Assembly (NCBI GenBank): GCA_036785375.1
Contig: JAWMAR010000226.1
Location: 2,852,001 to 2,916,000, forward strand
DNA: 64,000 bases
Direction of reading: 5' to 3'
From: Leucoraja ocellata
Lineage: Eukaryota
The notes under the pieces are model-generated. The model ran no database searches and was not told the DNA's origin. It was given only the letters and a program-made list of their open reading frames with translations. Each line of letters starts with the position of its first letter. Position 1 is the stretch's first letter. Made by a program: the position numbers and the translations under genes. Below are positions 12,050 to 25,085 of the stretch, one piece after another.

Positions 12050-13860
12050 ATTTATGTATCTGGCTGATGCAGTTGGGACATTGGAGCTGAAATAGGTCGA
12101 ACGGTCCTTCGATTTTGGTTCACTATTCTGTAAGTTAATGGCTGATCTGATCTTGGTCTCAACTCCAATTTCCCACGAGTTCCATACAAACCCTTGGCTC
12201 CCTACTGTCATAAAATCTTTCAAAGTCCTGAATATTTTCAATAACTCAGTCTCTATGTGTCTTTGACGAAGAGAGATCCAACACTTTGTAACCTTTTTAA
12301 AGAAGAAAAGCCTCATCTTCACTTATAACAAGTGACATTTTATTCCGAAAGCGCAAGATTCCTCTCTTCCCCTATTAGCATTTACACCATAAATCACTTC
12401 AGAACCTTATATATTTCAATAAGATTACCTTTCATGCTTTTAGATGATAATTAGTGTAGGCAGACCTGCTCAATTGTTCCGCAGAAGATAATCCTTTCAT
12501 CATAGGTATCAGTCTTGTGAATTTCTCTGAGCTGTCACCAATCTGTTCTTAAATAAAGAAACCAAAACTCTGCTCATTGCTTCAATATAATGCTACAAAT
12601 GTAACAAGATTTTATGTTCCATCTCCTTGTTTTAAAGGCCAACATTCTCTTGCTGTGGCTGCATTCTGCGTGCCTCGTGTACAAGGACACCCAGATCCCT
12701 CTGTGCAGCTGGAATGTGTAATCTCTCTCTGTTCTGCTTTTCAACTCACTTTAAACCCCATCTGCCAAATTCTTGCCACTCACTCAGCCAATCCGTCTCC
12801 CTCTGCAATCTCAACATGGTTTTTAGTTTAGTTTAGAGATTCAGTGTGGAAACAGGCCCTTCAGCCCACTGTGTCCACGCCGACAAGCGATCCCGGTACA
12901 CCAGCACTATCCTGAACATTAGGGACAATTTACAATTTTTACCAAAGCCAAATTAACCTACAAATCTCTTCGTCTTTGGAGTGTGGAAGGAAACCGGACC
13001 ACCTGGGGAAAACCCACGAGGTCACATGGAGAATGTACAAACTCCGTACAGCAGCACCCGTAGTCAGGATCGAACCCGGCTCTCTGGCATTGTAAGGCAG
13101 CAACTCTACCGCAGCGCCACAGTGCCGCATGTGCTGTCCTCCTTGTACCTTGATTTCCTGCACATCTTTGCATCACTGGCCAATCTACTGCAATCCACTT
13201 GACTCTTCATTTAAGTCTTTAATATAGTTACTAGTTGAGGCCTCCGCCCTGATCCTTGTGGCATTCTATAGCACATCCATTCGCTAATTTTTCAAATATA
13301 TTGTCCCTGTGTCATGAATTTTGAAATTGATGCAATAACCTGTCATAAAACCATGCTGAAAATGCTTGGTTGCATGAAAATGTCTAAATATCTTACTGCA
13401 GCTACGTGTACTTCCTTAATAATAGTATTCAGCACTTTCCCAGTGACAAATGTCAAGTTAACTGGCCTAGATTTTCCTGCTTTCTATCTCCCTTCTGGGT
13501 AGCGGAGTTATATTTGCAATTTTACAATGAGCTGGAAGATCCCAACCGATCTATTTAGTGTACCTATAATGACATTTTAAACCCCTAAGTTGCGGGCCAT
13601 CGGGTTCATGGTACTTTTCAAGCTTGTTTTCATTAGTCTGCCTGGTACTTTTTCTGGCGCTAACATTCTTTCTCCCTTTGGCCCTCTAGTTTTCACTAAT
13701 ACTGTGTGTGATGCTTTTAGTGCCTTCTGTATCAAGATTTAAGACAACATATTTGTTCTGAATCTGGGCAATTTTCTTATTTCCCATTATTAACATCTCA
13801 TTCTCTAAAGGGATGAAAAATTACTTTAGTTAATTTCTTCCTTATTAAAGGCCACTGGCT
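12050..13860 (-). mobile_element. Old, degenerate CR1 LINE interrupted by a SINE
   Basis: Patches reverse-complementary to CR1 RT sequence (gatccttgtggcattc = GVPQGS region; aagttaactggcctag = RPVSL region). Split by the SINE at 12823-13130. Confidence 0.5.
12823..13130 (-). mobile_element. Full-length tRNA-derived V-SINE (HE1-like)
   Basis: Minus strand has A box tggcgctgcgg, B box ggttcgatcc, central gtttgtacattctcc...ggtttccttccacactccaaagac domain, CR1-like tail and (ctaaa)n end. Confidence 0.85.
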
Positions 13861-14296
13861 ATCCAATCTGGGCTAGAGACATCTGGGGGAGAAGCTATAA
13901 TAAGGATCTGGAAAAATACATCTACACATATTTAAAATAGGAAGGAAAGAGGGGCAAAGTCAAGGACAACAGTAATGAGGAAGACATAGATCCAGCTACC
14001 TAAAGCAAGAAAGAGAAAAAAAAGAATCTCATTGAGACATTCGGGTCATTTTTATGTGTTTTAGTGTAACTTTCAAGAACATGAAGCAGGCCAAAATGTA
14101 AGATGGAGCATTCACTATTTTATTGATTAACACATCTGTCCATTGAATTCAGGTGGTCAACATTTCAGGGAGGAAATATAAAAGATGTTACTTGAAAATA
14201 AACATTTTCAAACTAGAATTGACCACCTTGGAATTGAGGGTAACTCTGCAACCAGAACAGAACGCAAAAGGCTTGGTGAATGAAACATATTATTTT

Positions 14297-14431
14297 TTGT
14301 GTCGGAAAGAACTGAAAGATGCTGGTTTAAATCGAAGGTAGACACAAAATGCTGGAGTAACTCAGCGGGACAGGCAACATCTCCGGAGTGAAGGAATGGG
14401 TGACGTTTCGGGACGAGACCCTTCTTCAGAC
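14297..14431 (-). mobile_element. Penelope-derived short element, hammerhead-like core at 14402-14429
   Basis: Minus strand reads ctgaagaagggtctcgtcccgaaacgtc. Flanked by TATTATTTT (14288-14296, 14432-14440). Confidence 0.75.
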
Positions 14432-14989
14432 TATTATTTTCTGTACTCGGTAAGATTTCCTGTGATGAGTTCATTCTGTCATTGGTGCGGCATCGAGAAT
14501 CAGAGTAGCAGATACTCGCAGGTCCCTTCAGTATTTACAGTACCTACGCATATTGCTACAGGTCACATTTTATTAACAGCAGCAAAATATTCATTTAATT
14601 TTGGTTATGAACCTTGCTATATCAGATAGACAAACATGCTGTACGTCTGTACACCCATACATGTGGGAGTGTGGCAAAGTCGGCATTCTTTAAATTCTAA
14701 TGTTAGTACATTGTGTTCTGCTGTCAGCAGAGTCTTCATGTAATCACTGGGAACAAAAGAAGACCAGAAGGACTGTCCATGGCTTTTGATTGTTGCTTGC
14801 CGATGACAAGCAAACCTACATTTTTCTCTCAAAATGAACTCGACAACCATTGGATAGGAGGAAATGGTGTATCCACATAGTCACAATAGAATTTTTAGCA
14901 ATGTCCAATGTTCAATTATCATCCCAAACAATTTCAGAGTTTTCCTGCAATTCTTGAAATGCACCTTTTTACAAAGATCCTTTTGTATT

Positions 14990-15470
14990 TTGGATTCAAT
15001 GTTTACTCAATCTATTCCCCTTGTGATTTTATATACGTCTATAGCATAACTCCTGACCCTCTGTGCTCCAAGAAATAAAGTCCTACTTGCCCAATCTCAC
15101 CCTGTGCTTCGGGCAACATCTCTATACATCTTCGCTGCACCCTTTCCAGCTTTATGGCATCTTTCCTATAGCAGCGTGACCAAAATTGAACAACAATACT
15201 CCAAGTGAGGCCTCACCAATATCTTGTACAACGGTAAATATAATGTTGCAACTTCTATATTCAATTCCCTGATTGATTAAGGTCAGCATGCTAAGAGCCC
15301 TCTTCACTACTCTATCTATCTGCAATATCATATTCAGGAACCTATGATCCTAAATCCCTCTGGTGCACAACATACCATTCACTGTGAAGGTCCCGGTCTG
15401 GTTTTAGTTTCCCAAATGCAATGCCTCACACTTATCTGAAATAAACTCCATTAGCCATTCCTTGACCCAT
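14990..15470 (-). mobile_element. CR1 ORF2 fragment
   Basis: Reverse complement of the LYKxLVRPHLEYCVQFWS region (tactccaagtgaggcctcaccaatatcttgtaca). Confidence 0.7.
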
Positions 15471-17079
15471 TCTGTTTGTTGCAAGTCCATGATCATTTGA
15501 TTTTATGAACCAGACTATTGTCCTTGATGAAACGGCTTTCACTTTAATGTTTGGTCATTACCAAGCAAAAATATATTAATGGAAAATATCTGGATTTACC
15601 ACTATTTTGCACGGCCTAATGAATGGATTTGTGAACATTAATGTTATCAAAATATTTTGCAGTTGAATCCAGACTTGGAAGAGCAAAGGTTTCTACTTTC
15701 CTGAGAATTTATTCAGTTGACCAACAGATATTCTGGGAAGGAAAGATGGATAAAATTCAATACTTGCCTGCTCCCTTAATATTTCTTTTGTTCACAGTCT
15801 GTTTTTGCAAGTTCATTAATGATTATCTTGCTTCATAATTGAACACTGGGATATTAAGCATGGTCAATTTTAATGTTTAAAGGCCACAGGGCTGCATAAC
15901 CCTTTCATGTAAGTTCAGTTCAGTTCAAGTAAGTTAATTCTTGCTACAGTTTGTCTACTAGATTTAATATTCCTTTTGAGAAGAAAGAACAATCTTATAA
16001 TTTAATATTGTAACTCGTAATTGGTTTCTTTTTCTAAGCCCCAGTTTATGGTCTGTTATCTTTTATTCTCCTCATTGAAAATTAATTAATGTTTTATGAG
16101 GTTTGAGAACATATGGGTAACACTAAATGAATAGAATATCAGGGCAGGGATTTATCCAGGGTGGAGACATGGTGGTTTTACTTTGAGGGTAATGTCATAC
16201 ACAATTTTGCTTCTTTTCATTGTCTATCCTGGACTGTTGCCCTAAAAATCAACTTAAACTATTTAATCGTGCCAAATCATCATTTCCATCTCCCTTTCCC
16301 CTTTTACTAACTGCAACTGTGCATAAAGAGCCATATTTCCATAAAATACAGAATTAGGCCATTTGGCCCACTGGGTTTATGCCAGCTCTCAGAGCTGTCA
16401 CATCAATCTCATTCCCTCTCTTATATCTCTTTCATCAATTCAGATGGCCATCAACATCAATGTAGATGCGTTCTGCCATGCACCTACGTTGTGGGTGATT
16501 TGCAGCAGCTGATTAACTAGCCAACTAGCAAGTCATTAGCATGTGGGAAGAATCCAGAACTCGTGGGAGAAACGCACAAGTTCACAGGGAAAGCATGCAA
16601 ACTCCACTCTGGAGTCAGGAGTTATGAAGTACATAAGGTCATGAGTTATAGGGGCAGAATTAGGACATTCGGCCCATCTTCTATACCATTCAATCATGGT
16701 TGATCTCTTTCCCTCTCAATCCCATTCTCCTTCCTACTCCCCATCACCCCATGACACCTTTACTAATCAGGAATCTGTCAATCTCCGCCTTAAAAATATC
16801 CATTGACTTGGCCTCCACAGACATATTTGGCAATGAATTCCGAGCTGTGAGAAAGCACCAATATGCTGCCCCTCAAATAACTTCTGGCGTTTCACTGGTA
16901 CTGTTTATCTCCAGAGTTTATTTTCCAGATCTAGTCTATTCTTCTCCATATCCCCAAAAGGTTTTTTCAGCACTTATCCTCAAAGTAATTAACAACATTC
17001 CACGAAACGCCAGAAAGGCCATTTTTGCATTTCCATAACCAAACCTTCTGTAAACCTTTCACAGTAAATGACAGGGAAC

Positions 17080-17705
17080 CAGGGAGTGTTTTAGAGCAGA
17101 GGGGTCAGGGAGTGCAGGTACATTGTTCCTTGAAAGTGGCATCACTGCTAGATAGGGTAGTCAAAAAGCCTTTCATTGAGTATAGAAGTTAGGAGGTCAC
17201 ATTACAGTTTGTACAAGGCATTGGTGAGACCACATTTGAAATATTGGGTTCAGTTTTGGTCACCCTGTTATAGGAAAGATGTTGATAAGCTTGAAACGGT
17301 GCAGAGAAGATTTACGAGGATGTTGCCAGGACTCAAAGCCTTAGGCGATAGGGAAAGATTGAGCAGGCTAGTACTTTCTTGGAACGCAAGAGGATGAAGG
17401 ATTTAGACAGATAGTATAATTGCACAGAATAGAAGAATCAAGATTGAGAGGACTTGGCTTTAACGGAAGGGGGAAAGATTTACTATGGGCCTGAGGGGCA
17501 ACTTTTTACACAAAGGATGGTGAGTATGTGGAACAAATTGCCAGAAGAGGTATTTGAGGCATGTGCTATCACAACATTTAAAATACATTTAGACATGAAT
17601 AGGAAAGGTTTGAAGGATTTGGGCTGAACGCAGGTAGGTGGGAAGACGGGGCATCTTGGTCGGTGTAGGTAAGATTTCCATGCATTATACACTGTATGAC
17701 TATGA
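17080..17705 (+). mobile_element. CR1 ORF2 3' end and 3' UTR
   Basis: ORF 17176-17397 LYKALVRPHLKYWVQFWSPCYRKDVDKLETVQRRFTRMLPG, followed by a (tatgac)n tail. Confidence 0.85.
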
Positions 17706-18029
17706 CTGATTCACACCAAACTGGGAATCAGATAGGAATTCCTGTGTAGATTAGCTCCAGATCATGTGATCAACCTCTGGGTTGAGTGAATGGTCTTGAA
17801 GCTCACGCGAGCATTTTCAATTTTCTTTGGGTTCAGTATTATTTCTTCTTTCAATCATTGCCACCCATATACACCGTTAAGACCTTGTGCTGTTTCGGGT
17901 GTGGAATTTGTCCAAATTCGGTACGTATACTTCAAGGAGAAAAAACGAATGCCTTGAAATTGCACTGTGTAACAAGTACGTTAAATAAATATGGAAACTG
18001 CTGGCCAGGCTGTACTTAGAGGAGAGGAA

Positions 18030-18330
18030 AGGCATCAATGTTTCAGGTGAATGACCTAACATTCAAATTAGGAAATTTGAGAAAAAATCAAGTTTTAAGG
18101 GAAGAGATGAAGTTTTAAGGAAGAATGGATGATGCATGAATATGCAAAGTAAATGAGGGTGGTAATGTGCAAAGTAAAGAAAGGGAAGTGTGAACTGGAG
18201 CGCCAGTATCAACATCTGAAATTTCTGGTCCTCATTGAGTCTGTGATGCCACAATGAGCCCAGTCAAAAGATGGGGTTCTGCTCCTTGAGCGTACTTCAC
18301 TGGAGCAGTACAAGAGACTGAGACCAGTGC
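18030..18330 (-). mobile_element. Degenerate Penelope-like element 3' remnant
   Basis: Minus-strand DNA resembles the GIY-YIG C-terminal segment at 32470-32590 and ends in a degenerate hammerhead-like segment (aggtcattcacctgaaacatt) near 18035-18060. Confidence 0.4.
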
Positions 18331-18519
18331 TCATTAAGGGAGATGGCTCAATACTTCGATAGTTCTTTATTATCACATGTACCAAGGTACCCGTGAAATT
18401 CTATTTTTGCATACAGATCAGCAAGATTATTGGCATAAATAAGTCCAGGATGTAGAGATGCAGCACTCCGAGTCCACTTGCAAGTCACCAGATTTTGGCA
18501 CCAGCTTGATAGTCACTGC

Positions 18520-19590
18520 ACTCACATTCAAAGAAGTCCATCAGAGTGAGAGCTATGTCAGGAACATTTCCCCCACCCCACCCCCTCCTTTCTCTGGAGA
18601 CCTGTACAACACGTCCCTGTGGACACAATCTATTTTGGATCTTCAGAAGAAACGTAAGAAGGCTCAGCTGATTGCCGCAGCAGTGAATCTGGGGGTGGGC
18701 CGCACCTGTGCCACATACAGCAACACCAAGAGCACCTTGTACATGACAACTGGGTTCTACTCTGCACAAGTGTTCAGCGCTCCCACATCCCCATTTTTTG
18801 TTTTGTTTTGGCTTATTGCACCAGTCAATTCTAATTGAATGTCCCAACTCTTCTAAATCTCGCCAATCTATGGGCTGACACTGGGTTCAAGTGCAAAGTG
18901 CCTTCATCATCCATGCAAAGGGAGATTTTGACCTGAGTGTACCTGCTGTCTGGGATCATCATCCCCTCTTATCCCTATGTGTTTCCTAATGGATTCAGCA
19001 AACATTCAATATGATACACAACCATGACAACAGAAATAGTACAGCCTTGCTGACTCCAGTTTACTTGGAAAGCTTTCCATTTCTCACCTGTTGATTTGGA
19101 TCATACTGTTGGTGTCTGTGACAAGCAGTTGTTCCGATTAAAGACCCCCCCCCCCCCCCCCTCCCCCCCCCCCCCCCCCCCCTCCCCACCAGCCATATTG
19201 TTGCACATGTCCATCATGTTAGTGTGTGATATTCCGTCAAATGCCCACCTTGGTCCAGGCTGACTAGGCTGGTGTCTCTGGCTGGGTAAGGCACAGCTCC
19301 GATCAAGGCGAATCATTTACCCTAGGCAGACTTGACTCAAATCGTGATGACATTGGGCAAAATCTTGTCATTCACATTCAACAGCAAGAAGAGTTTCCAA
19401 CTTCAGAACTCTTCCCTATCCCTTTTTTGTTTATGGGTAAAGCTGATGATGTCCAACCTTAGCGATACAGGCGTGGCCGTAAGCTTTCAGCAGGTCTGGA
19501 CTGATCCAGTTCCACAAAGCCAAGTATAAGTCAGCTAGCAGGTCAACTCTCCTGGGAGTTTCATTTGTCTCAATGGAATAGATAGAGCTG
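18520..19590 (-). mobile_element. Degenerate Tx1-type (L1 group) LINE RT fragments
   Basis: Minus strand gives ETPRRVDLLADLYLALWNWISPDLL, KQKGDREE..WKLFLLLNVNDKIL, LVSLDQ..AFDGISH and LLYVAQV..SKIDCVHRDVLYRSPEKGG..NVPDIAL, typical of Tx1 ORF2. Confidence 0.7.
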
Positions 19591-21829
19591 TCGGCCAGCT
19601 CGCCTACTTCACCACCTGTACCCGGCGGGACTCCAGTGCCCTCCCCGGTCCCATCCCCATCACATCCCCAGTCACTTCACCGGTGAAAGTAGAAGATGGG
19701 GATTGTACAACACACGTGCTGGACGGGTCAGCAGGCCACCCATTAGATAGCGATTTTGTGTAACCATTTATACTTCCCCATATGCGTATTTAACGTCTCG
19801 GCTGCTGTATTGCTTAGCCACTATGTTTCCACGTATCTATGCCTTATTTGGTTTCTACAAGGATAGATGTAGATTCGTTAATTCCTACTAACCAATTGTA
19901 GTGCTTGTTAGTAGTTGCTCCGCCTAATATGCGATTTATATTAACAAGAGCTTGTTTAAGTAATTCATTCTGAGTAGTTGCTAGTTACTGTAATGTCCTG
20001 CAGCCATACGCTGTATGTGGACTTTAATGAATATGTGTTGTATCTTGGACGTGTGTACGACTCGACTCATTACAGTGCTAGTATACGGGACGGCGCGGAC
20101 TCCGTGGGCCGAAGGGCCTGTTTCCGCCGAAGATAGACACAACATGCTGGAGTAACTCAGGGAGTCAGGCAGCCATCTCTGGAGAAAGGTGGAGCCCACA
20201 ATGATTCAGTTTAAGTCCAATGGCTTTTTTTCCCCTCTCCGTATGGCAAAAGTCAAAAGTGAAGTGGAGAGAATAAAATGGGATCCGTGTAGGATTAGTG
20301 TGAAAGGGGTGCTTGAAGATCGGCGGGGACTTGATGGTTGAAGGGCCTGTTTCCGTGCTATGTGACTGCAAGCAAAGCTGGAGTATTGGTGATCAGTGTG
20401 TGTGTCAGCGGGCTGGAACAAACCAGAGAATGGCCCTCGCTAAGTATCTGCGTTTATAAACCCCGCAACTTAAACACATATGCGTTAACCTCTACAGGCA
20501 GTCACTGAAAGCAGTCTCGTCAGCGGCAGCCTCAGTTAGCTGGAGTTATGGGTTTCTATATGTAAAACGATCAGAGAGGGTTAACAATGATGAAACGAAA
20601 GCCATTTTCATAGGAGGATCTAAAACCTCAGACATGTTTTATTTTCACACACTCTTTCAATGATAGGGACCTGTACAGGGGAGACGGTGTCTCGCTAAAA
20701 AAAAAAGGATCCCCGAGGTGATATGGCTGCAGTGTTCAGACAAATGACATTGCCCGAGGCGGAGGCAACGGGTTCAGATCCCCGGCCTGGCGATTGGGTT
20801 TAATGGAGCGACGAGGTGCGTCTGCACACAGACAGCGATCCCGCTGGTGATTCAGTGATCCATTCACCCGCCGCTCCTGCACCAAATGGTTAAAAAAACT
20901 AACAACGAACGCATTGTGAACAGCCCGCTGTTTTCTCCCTTGCCATATGCGACTGGGATATAACAGCCTGGTGGTCCGCCTATGGAGAATTCTTTGGTCT
21001 TCCCTTCACAAAGGGCTCGGTGTCCTTGGAGTTGGGATTTGATTGCTTTCGAGTGACCCCTGCTGGAAAGTGTATACATGGGTTTAGGTTCAGCGGGTTT
21101 ATCTCCCCCTGCTAAATAACTACCGAGACTATTTTAGGAACATAGTATCCATTCCGTTATATTACTGCCGATCTCCTGGTACAGGTGGAAGGAGAAATAA
21201 ATAAGCACAACAACACAACCATTTGAGTTGGAGCAACAATGCGGAGCTCCTCCACTGGAGTGAAGAAACATGTGACGTTTCGGGTCGAGATCGTCCGCTC
21301 TGATCTATCGGTTTCACATCTTACCCTTCCATCCGGAATCAAGAGATATGGGGAGAAAACAGGAACGGGGTACTGATTTTGGATGATCAGCCATGAGCAT
21401 ATTGAATGGCGGTGCTGGCTCGAATGGCCGGCACTCCTGCACCCATTTTATCCACGAGTCTATGTTTCTATATCTCAACTCTCCCTCTCCCCTGACTCCC
21501 AGTCTGAAGACGGGTCTCGACCCTAAAAGTCTCCCATTCCTTCTCTCCAGATATACTGCCTGAGTTACTCCAACATTTTGTGTCTATCTTCAATTATTGC
21601 ATTAGTGTCGACTTGATAATGGTGTTGCATTTGAAGACACAAGATATCGCAGATGCTGGAATCCCGAGTAAAACATCAAACGGCTGTTGGAGCTCAGAGT
21701 GTCAGGCATGTCGGCTCCTTCCTCAGTCAGATGAAGGGTCGTCTGCCCATACTGCCTGACCCGCTGAGTTCCTCTAGCAGTTTGTTTTGTTTTATTATAC
21801 ATTCGAATTCGTCGTTGAATATTCAAAGC

Positions 21830-22010
21830 TCCCTTCACTGGAGAATTGAGCGTGCAATCTTGGCTGATTCTGCTGTGCAGTGCTGAGGGAACGGTGCAAG
21901 CTTGGAGCGGCAGTCTTTCGGAAATGACCGAGACCTTGGATGTATATATATAGCTAGATCGGTGTATGTACGGCACTTTTATTCAAAGAGATGCAGGGGA
22001 GTTCTCATGG
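21830..22010 (+). mobile_element. DeuSINE (SacSINE1/AmnSINE-like) remnant
   Basis: gtgcagtgctgaggggaacggtgc...gtctttcggaaatgac...ggcacttttattcaaagagatgcaggggagttctc resembles the Deu domain as I recall it. Confidence 0.5.
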
Positions 22011-22881
22011 GCCACGAAATCCCTCAAATTTCCCCCACGTTTGTTGCCTTTACCCTGTTTACTTCTGCAATAGTATGAACAGCGAAGTTACAGCAGTGAA
22101 GCAGGAACTGCTATGAGGAAATCTCTCGTCATTGTACACTGGCGAGGACTGATGCCTCGACCAACAGCAATGGTGAATTGATTATTGTTTATGATGCTCA
22201 TACTGTTCAAATTCGCTTTGTAAATTTGTTACATTATATTGCAGTGAAGTATTTTCAAATATTCTGAAAAATATGTTGTATAAAATCATGTTCTTTATTA
22301 TTTTTTTTCGCCTTATTTGCGAAGGCATTTTACTTTAACACATCTAACCGGGCTGTTTCAAATTTGTTAATGTCATCTTGTTCTGAATTTTTATACTAAA
22401 AGAAGAGTTTACCATTCTACTTCCTAAATCCATCAAGGGGCTGGCAAAGAATGAGGTGGTTCATGGATGTTTTTTTGTTTGTATTTTACTGCTGCTCAAT
22501 CAACAAATGTAAATAGCAAAGGCACGGAAACACCAAAAGAATAATAAAAACATATCTATTCATGGATTCACTGTCTCTATTCTGTTTTGTCGTTTTTTGC
22601 ACAATCCGCAGGCATTGCCACTTTTCATTTCACTGCACATCTCGTATGCGTATGTGACAAATCAACTTGACTTGACTTGACTTCAGCGAAGTTCCAGCAG
22701 ATGAACAGGAACTCAACCCCGGAAGTGCATAGCTTGGCTATTTTTACTTCAAAATGTGGCCATGGTTGGTAGAAGCAGACATTTGACACTGGCTTCCCTC
22801 TGGTGAAGAAAAATATCCCTTCGCCAAAGTAGGTGCGACTTCTTTATAACATTAGCCGTACACACCTTTATCATGTTGTTA

Positions 22882-22972
22882 GACACGAAAAACTGGAGTA
22901 ACTCAGCGGGACAGGCAGCGTCTCTGGAGAGAAGGAATGGGTGACGTTTCGGGTCGAGACCCTTCTTCAGAC
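22882..22972 (-). mobile_element. 91-bp Penelope-derived element with intact hammerhead-like core (22943-22970)
   Basis: Minus strand CTGAAGA-A-GGGT-CTCG-ACCC-GAAAC-GTC. Flanked by 14-bp TSD TTATCATGTTGTTA (22868-22881, 22973-22986). Confidence 0.8.
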
Positions 22973-23420
22973 TTATCATGTTGTTATTTGGGAATCTACC
23001 GGCAACACTCTAAGATCACCTACCACTGACCCAGCCCGCCTATGGCCGTGTTTCTGCATTGGGAACGAGAATGTAGACTCGCGCCTCTGATTTAAGTTTA
23101 CACTGCATGATTTGACTCTCCTCGCTATAATTTATCGTGTTTTTCCCTCACTCTGCGACTTTCCTATAAACAATGACTCACACTGCAGTCTGCTATCACG
23201 GGCTTAGCCAGCCAGCCAATACCTTACCTAAGCAACTACGCTCCATCTGTGGCTGAGACAGGCAGTGCCAGCTAACTCTAACACCATGTGATGATCTCCA
23301 GTCCAAGTCTATCCTCATTAAGCATACGCACAAAGACACATACACACATATGCCACAGTCACGGGTGTCAGTGTATGACTTATTTTTTTCTGAAGCAGCC
23401 CATCGATTCCCCTTTTGATT

Positions 23421-23513
23421 CTGAAGAAGGGTTTCGGCCCGAAACGTTGCCTATTTCCTTCGCTCCATAGATGCTGCTGCACCCGCTGAGTTTCTCCAGC
23501 TTTTTTGTGTAAC
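23421..23513 (+). mobile_element. Penelope-derived element with hammerhead-like core (23421-23448)
   Basis: CTGAAGA-A-GGGT-TTCG-GCCC-GAAAC-GTT. Flanked by CCCCTTTTGATT (23409-23420, 23514-23525). Confidence 0.8.
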
Positions 23514-24559
23514 CCCCTTTTGATTCGTTTGCTACTCAACTGCATCAAAACATAATTGATAGCAGTTATTTGATCTACCAACAATCGTGCATGTGGGAGG
23601 AAAATGGAGATCCCGAAAAATCCTCCACTACATCTTTACACCCTGGACCAGCCTATTGAGATCTGCTTGGGCCTCACACCATAATGAATAAATAGTGAAT
23701 GGTTAAACAGCAGAGTGATCAGATGGGTGTCTAACTACGGCTGTGGACCTTTTGAGGGCAAGGATAGACTTTATTGATCGGCTGATCATTTTGTGCCTGT
23801 ATGTTTGAATGCACAATTCTTATATTTTACATTCAATAAGCAAACGGTGCTTTTGCACAGGAAAAAAAGTTAGATGTCAGTACCTACCGTCGTGTCCATG
23901 GGGCTTTGATCCCCACTGAGGGGGGATCTGGGGATTTCATTGCATCAATTAATTGTGTTTCATTCTTTGACACCTGCTCACCTCTGCAATCTACTCAGCC
24001 ACTTTTAAGAAACAAGGTAATGAAGGGAGTAAACTGGTTATTTTATTTGAATGAACAGATGGCCCAGGGAAAAATACAAATGTATAAGCAACAACCAATT
24101 CAGGACCATATTCACATCTCTTTTGCATCCCCTACCATCTGCTAAATAACTGAGATTAAAATTCCAGATTGTTGGCACCCAACACCAGAAATTATAATGC
24201 ATATTACATACAATATGAATACAAAGTGTAAATTTGCAAAGTGGATGGGTTTTTTCGGCGGGAACCGGTGAGTTCAACAGGTTTTGTAAATTGATGTCAT
24301 CCTAATTCTCTTACACGAGCAGAAGATGTTCAGATCACCCCACCCACAGTGCAAATGAGAAATGGCCATTCAGGAAAATGCATCCTGTAAACATTTCAGG
24401 ATTTCACACCTGCATTGAATATTGTACAAAGGAAATATGTGAACATCCAGGGCAGCACAGTGATACAGTTGCTGCCTTACACTGCCAGAGATCCGGGTTT
24501 GAGCCTGACTGTGGGTTTAGTCTGTATGGAGTTTATGTGGCTTTATTACTAACTATTCT

Positions 24560-25085
24560 ACAGCATGGAAACAGCCCCTTCGGCACAACTTGCTCACGCT
24601 AACTAACATGCCCCATCTATATTAATCCCTCATCCTCCTGCACTCCAAGGAATAAGGTCTACTCAACCTTTCCTATCTATAGCTTAGGCCCTCGAGTCCT
24701 GGCAACATCCTAATATTTTTTTCTGCACCCTCCCTTGCTTAACAACATCTTTCCTATAACAGGGTGATTAAAACTGAATATACTCTAAATGTGGTCTCAC
24801 CAATGTCTTGTACAACTGTAACATGACCTCCCAACATTTATACTCCATACTCTGACTGTTGAAGGCCAATGTGCCGACAGCCTTTTTGACCACCCTATCT
24901 ATTTGTGATGCCACTTTCAAGGAACTATGTATCTGCATTCCTAGACCCCTGCCATTCATCATGGAGGTCCTGCCCTGATTTGACATCCAAAATGCAAAAC
25001 CTCACACTTCTCTGTAGTAAACGCAATTAACCATTCCCTAGCCCTACTGTCCATCCGATCAAGATCTTGCTGCAATTTTTGACAA
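24560..25085 (-). mobile_element. CR1 ORF2 3' fragment
   Basis: ORF 24768-24986 HSSLKVASQIDRVVKKAVGTLAF..LYKTLVRPHLEY. Confidence 0.85.

Noticed and set aside
12823-13130. tRNA-like heads at SINE 5' ends (also ~8370, ~24460, ~43100, ~45970)
   Set aside because: They are SINE Pol III promoters, not tRNA genes; no complete cloverleaf.
14461-14520. GTGATGA as a possible snoRNA box C
   Set aside because: No matching box D (CTGA) or terminal stem at a suitable distance.
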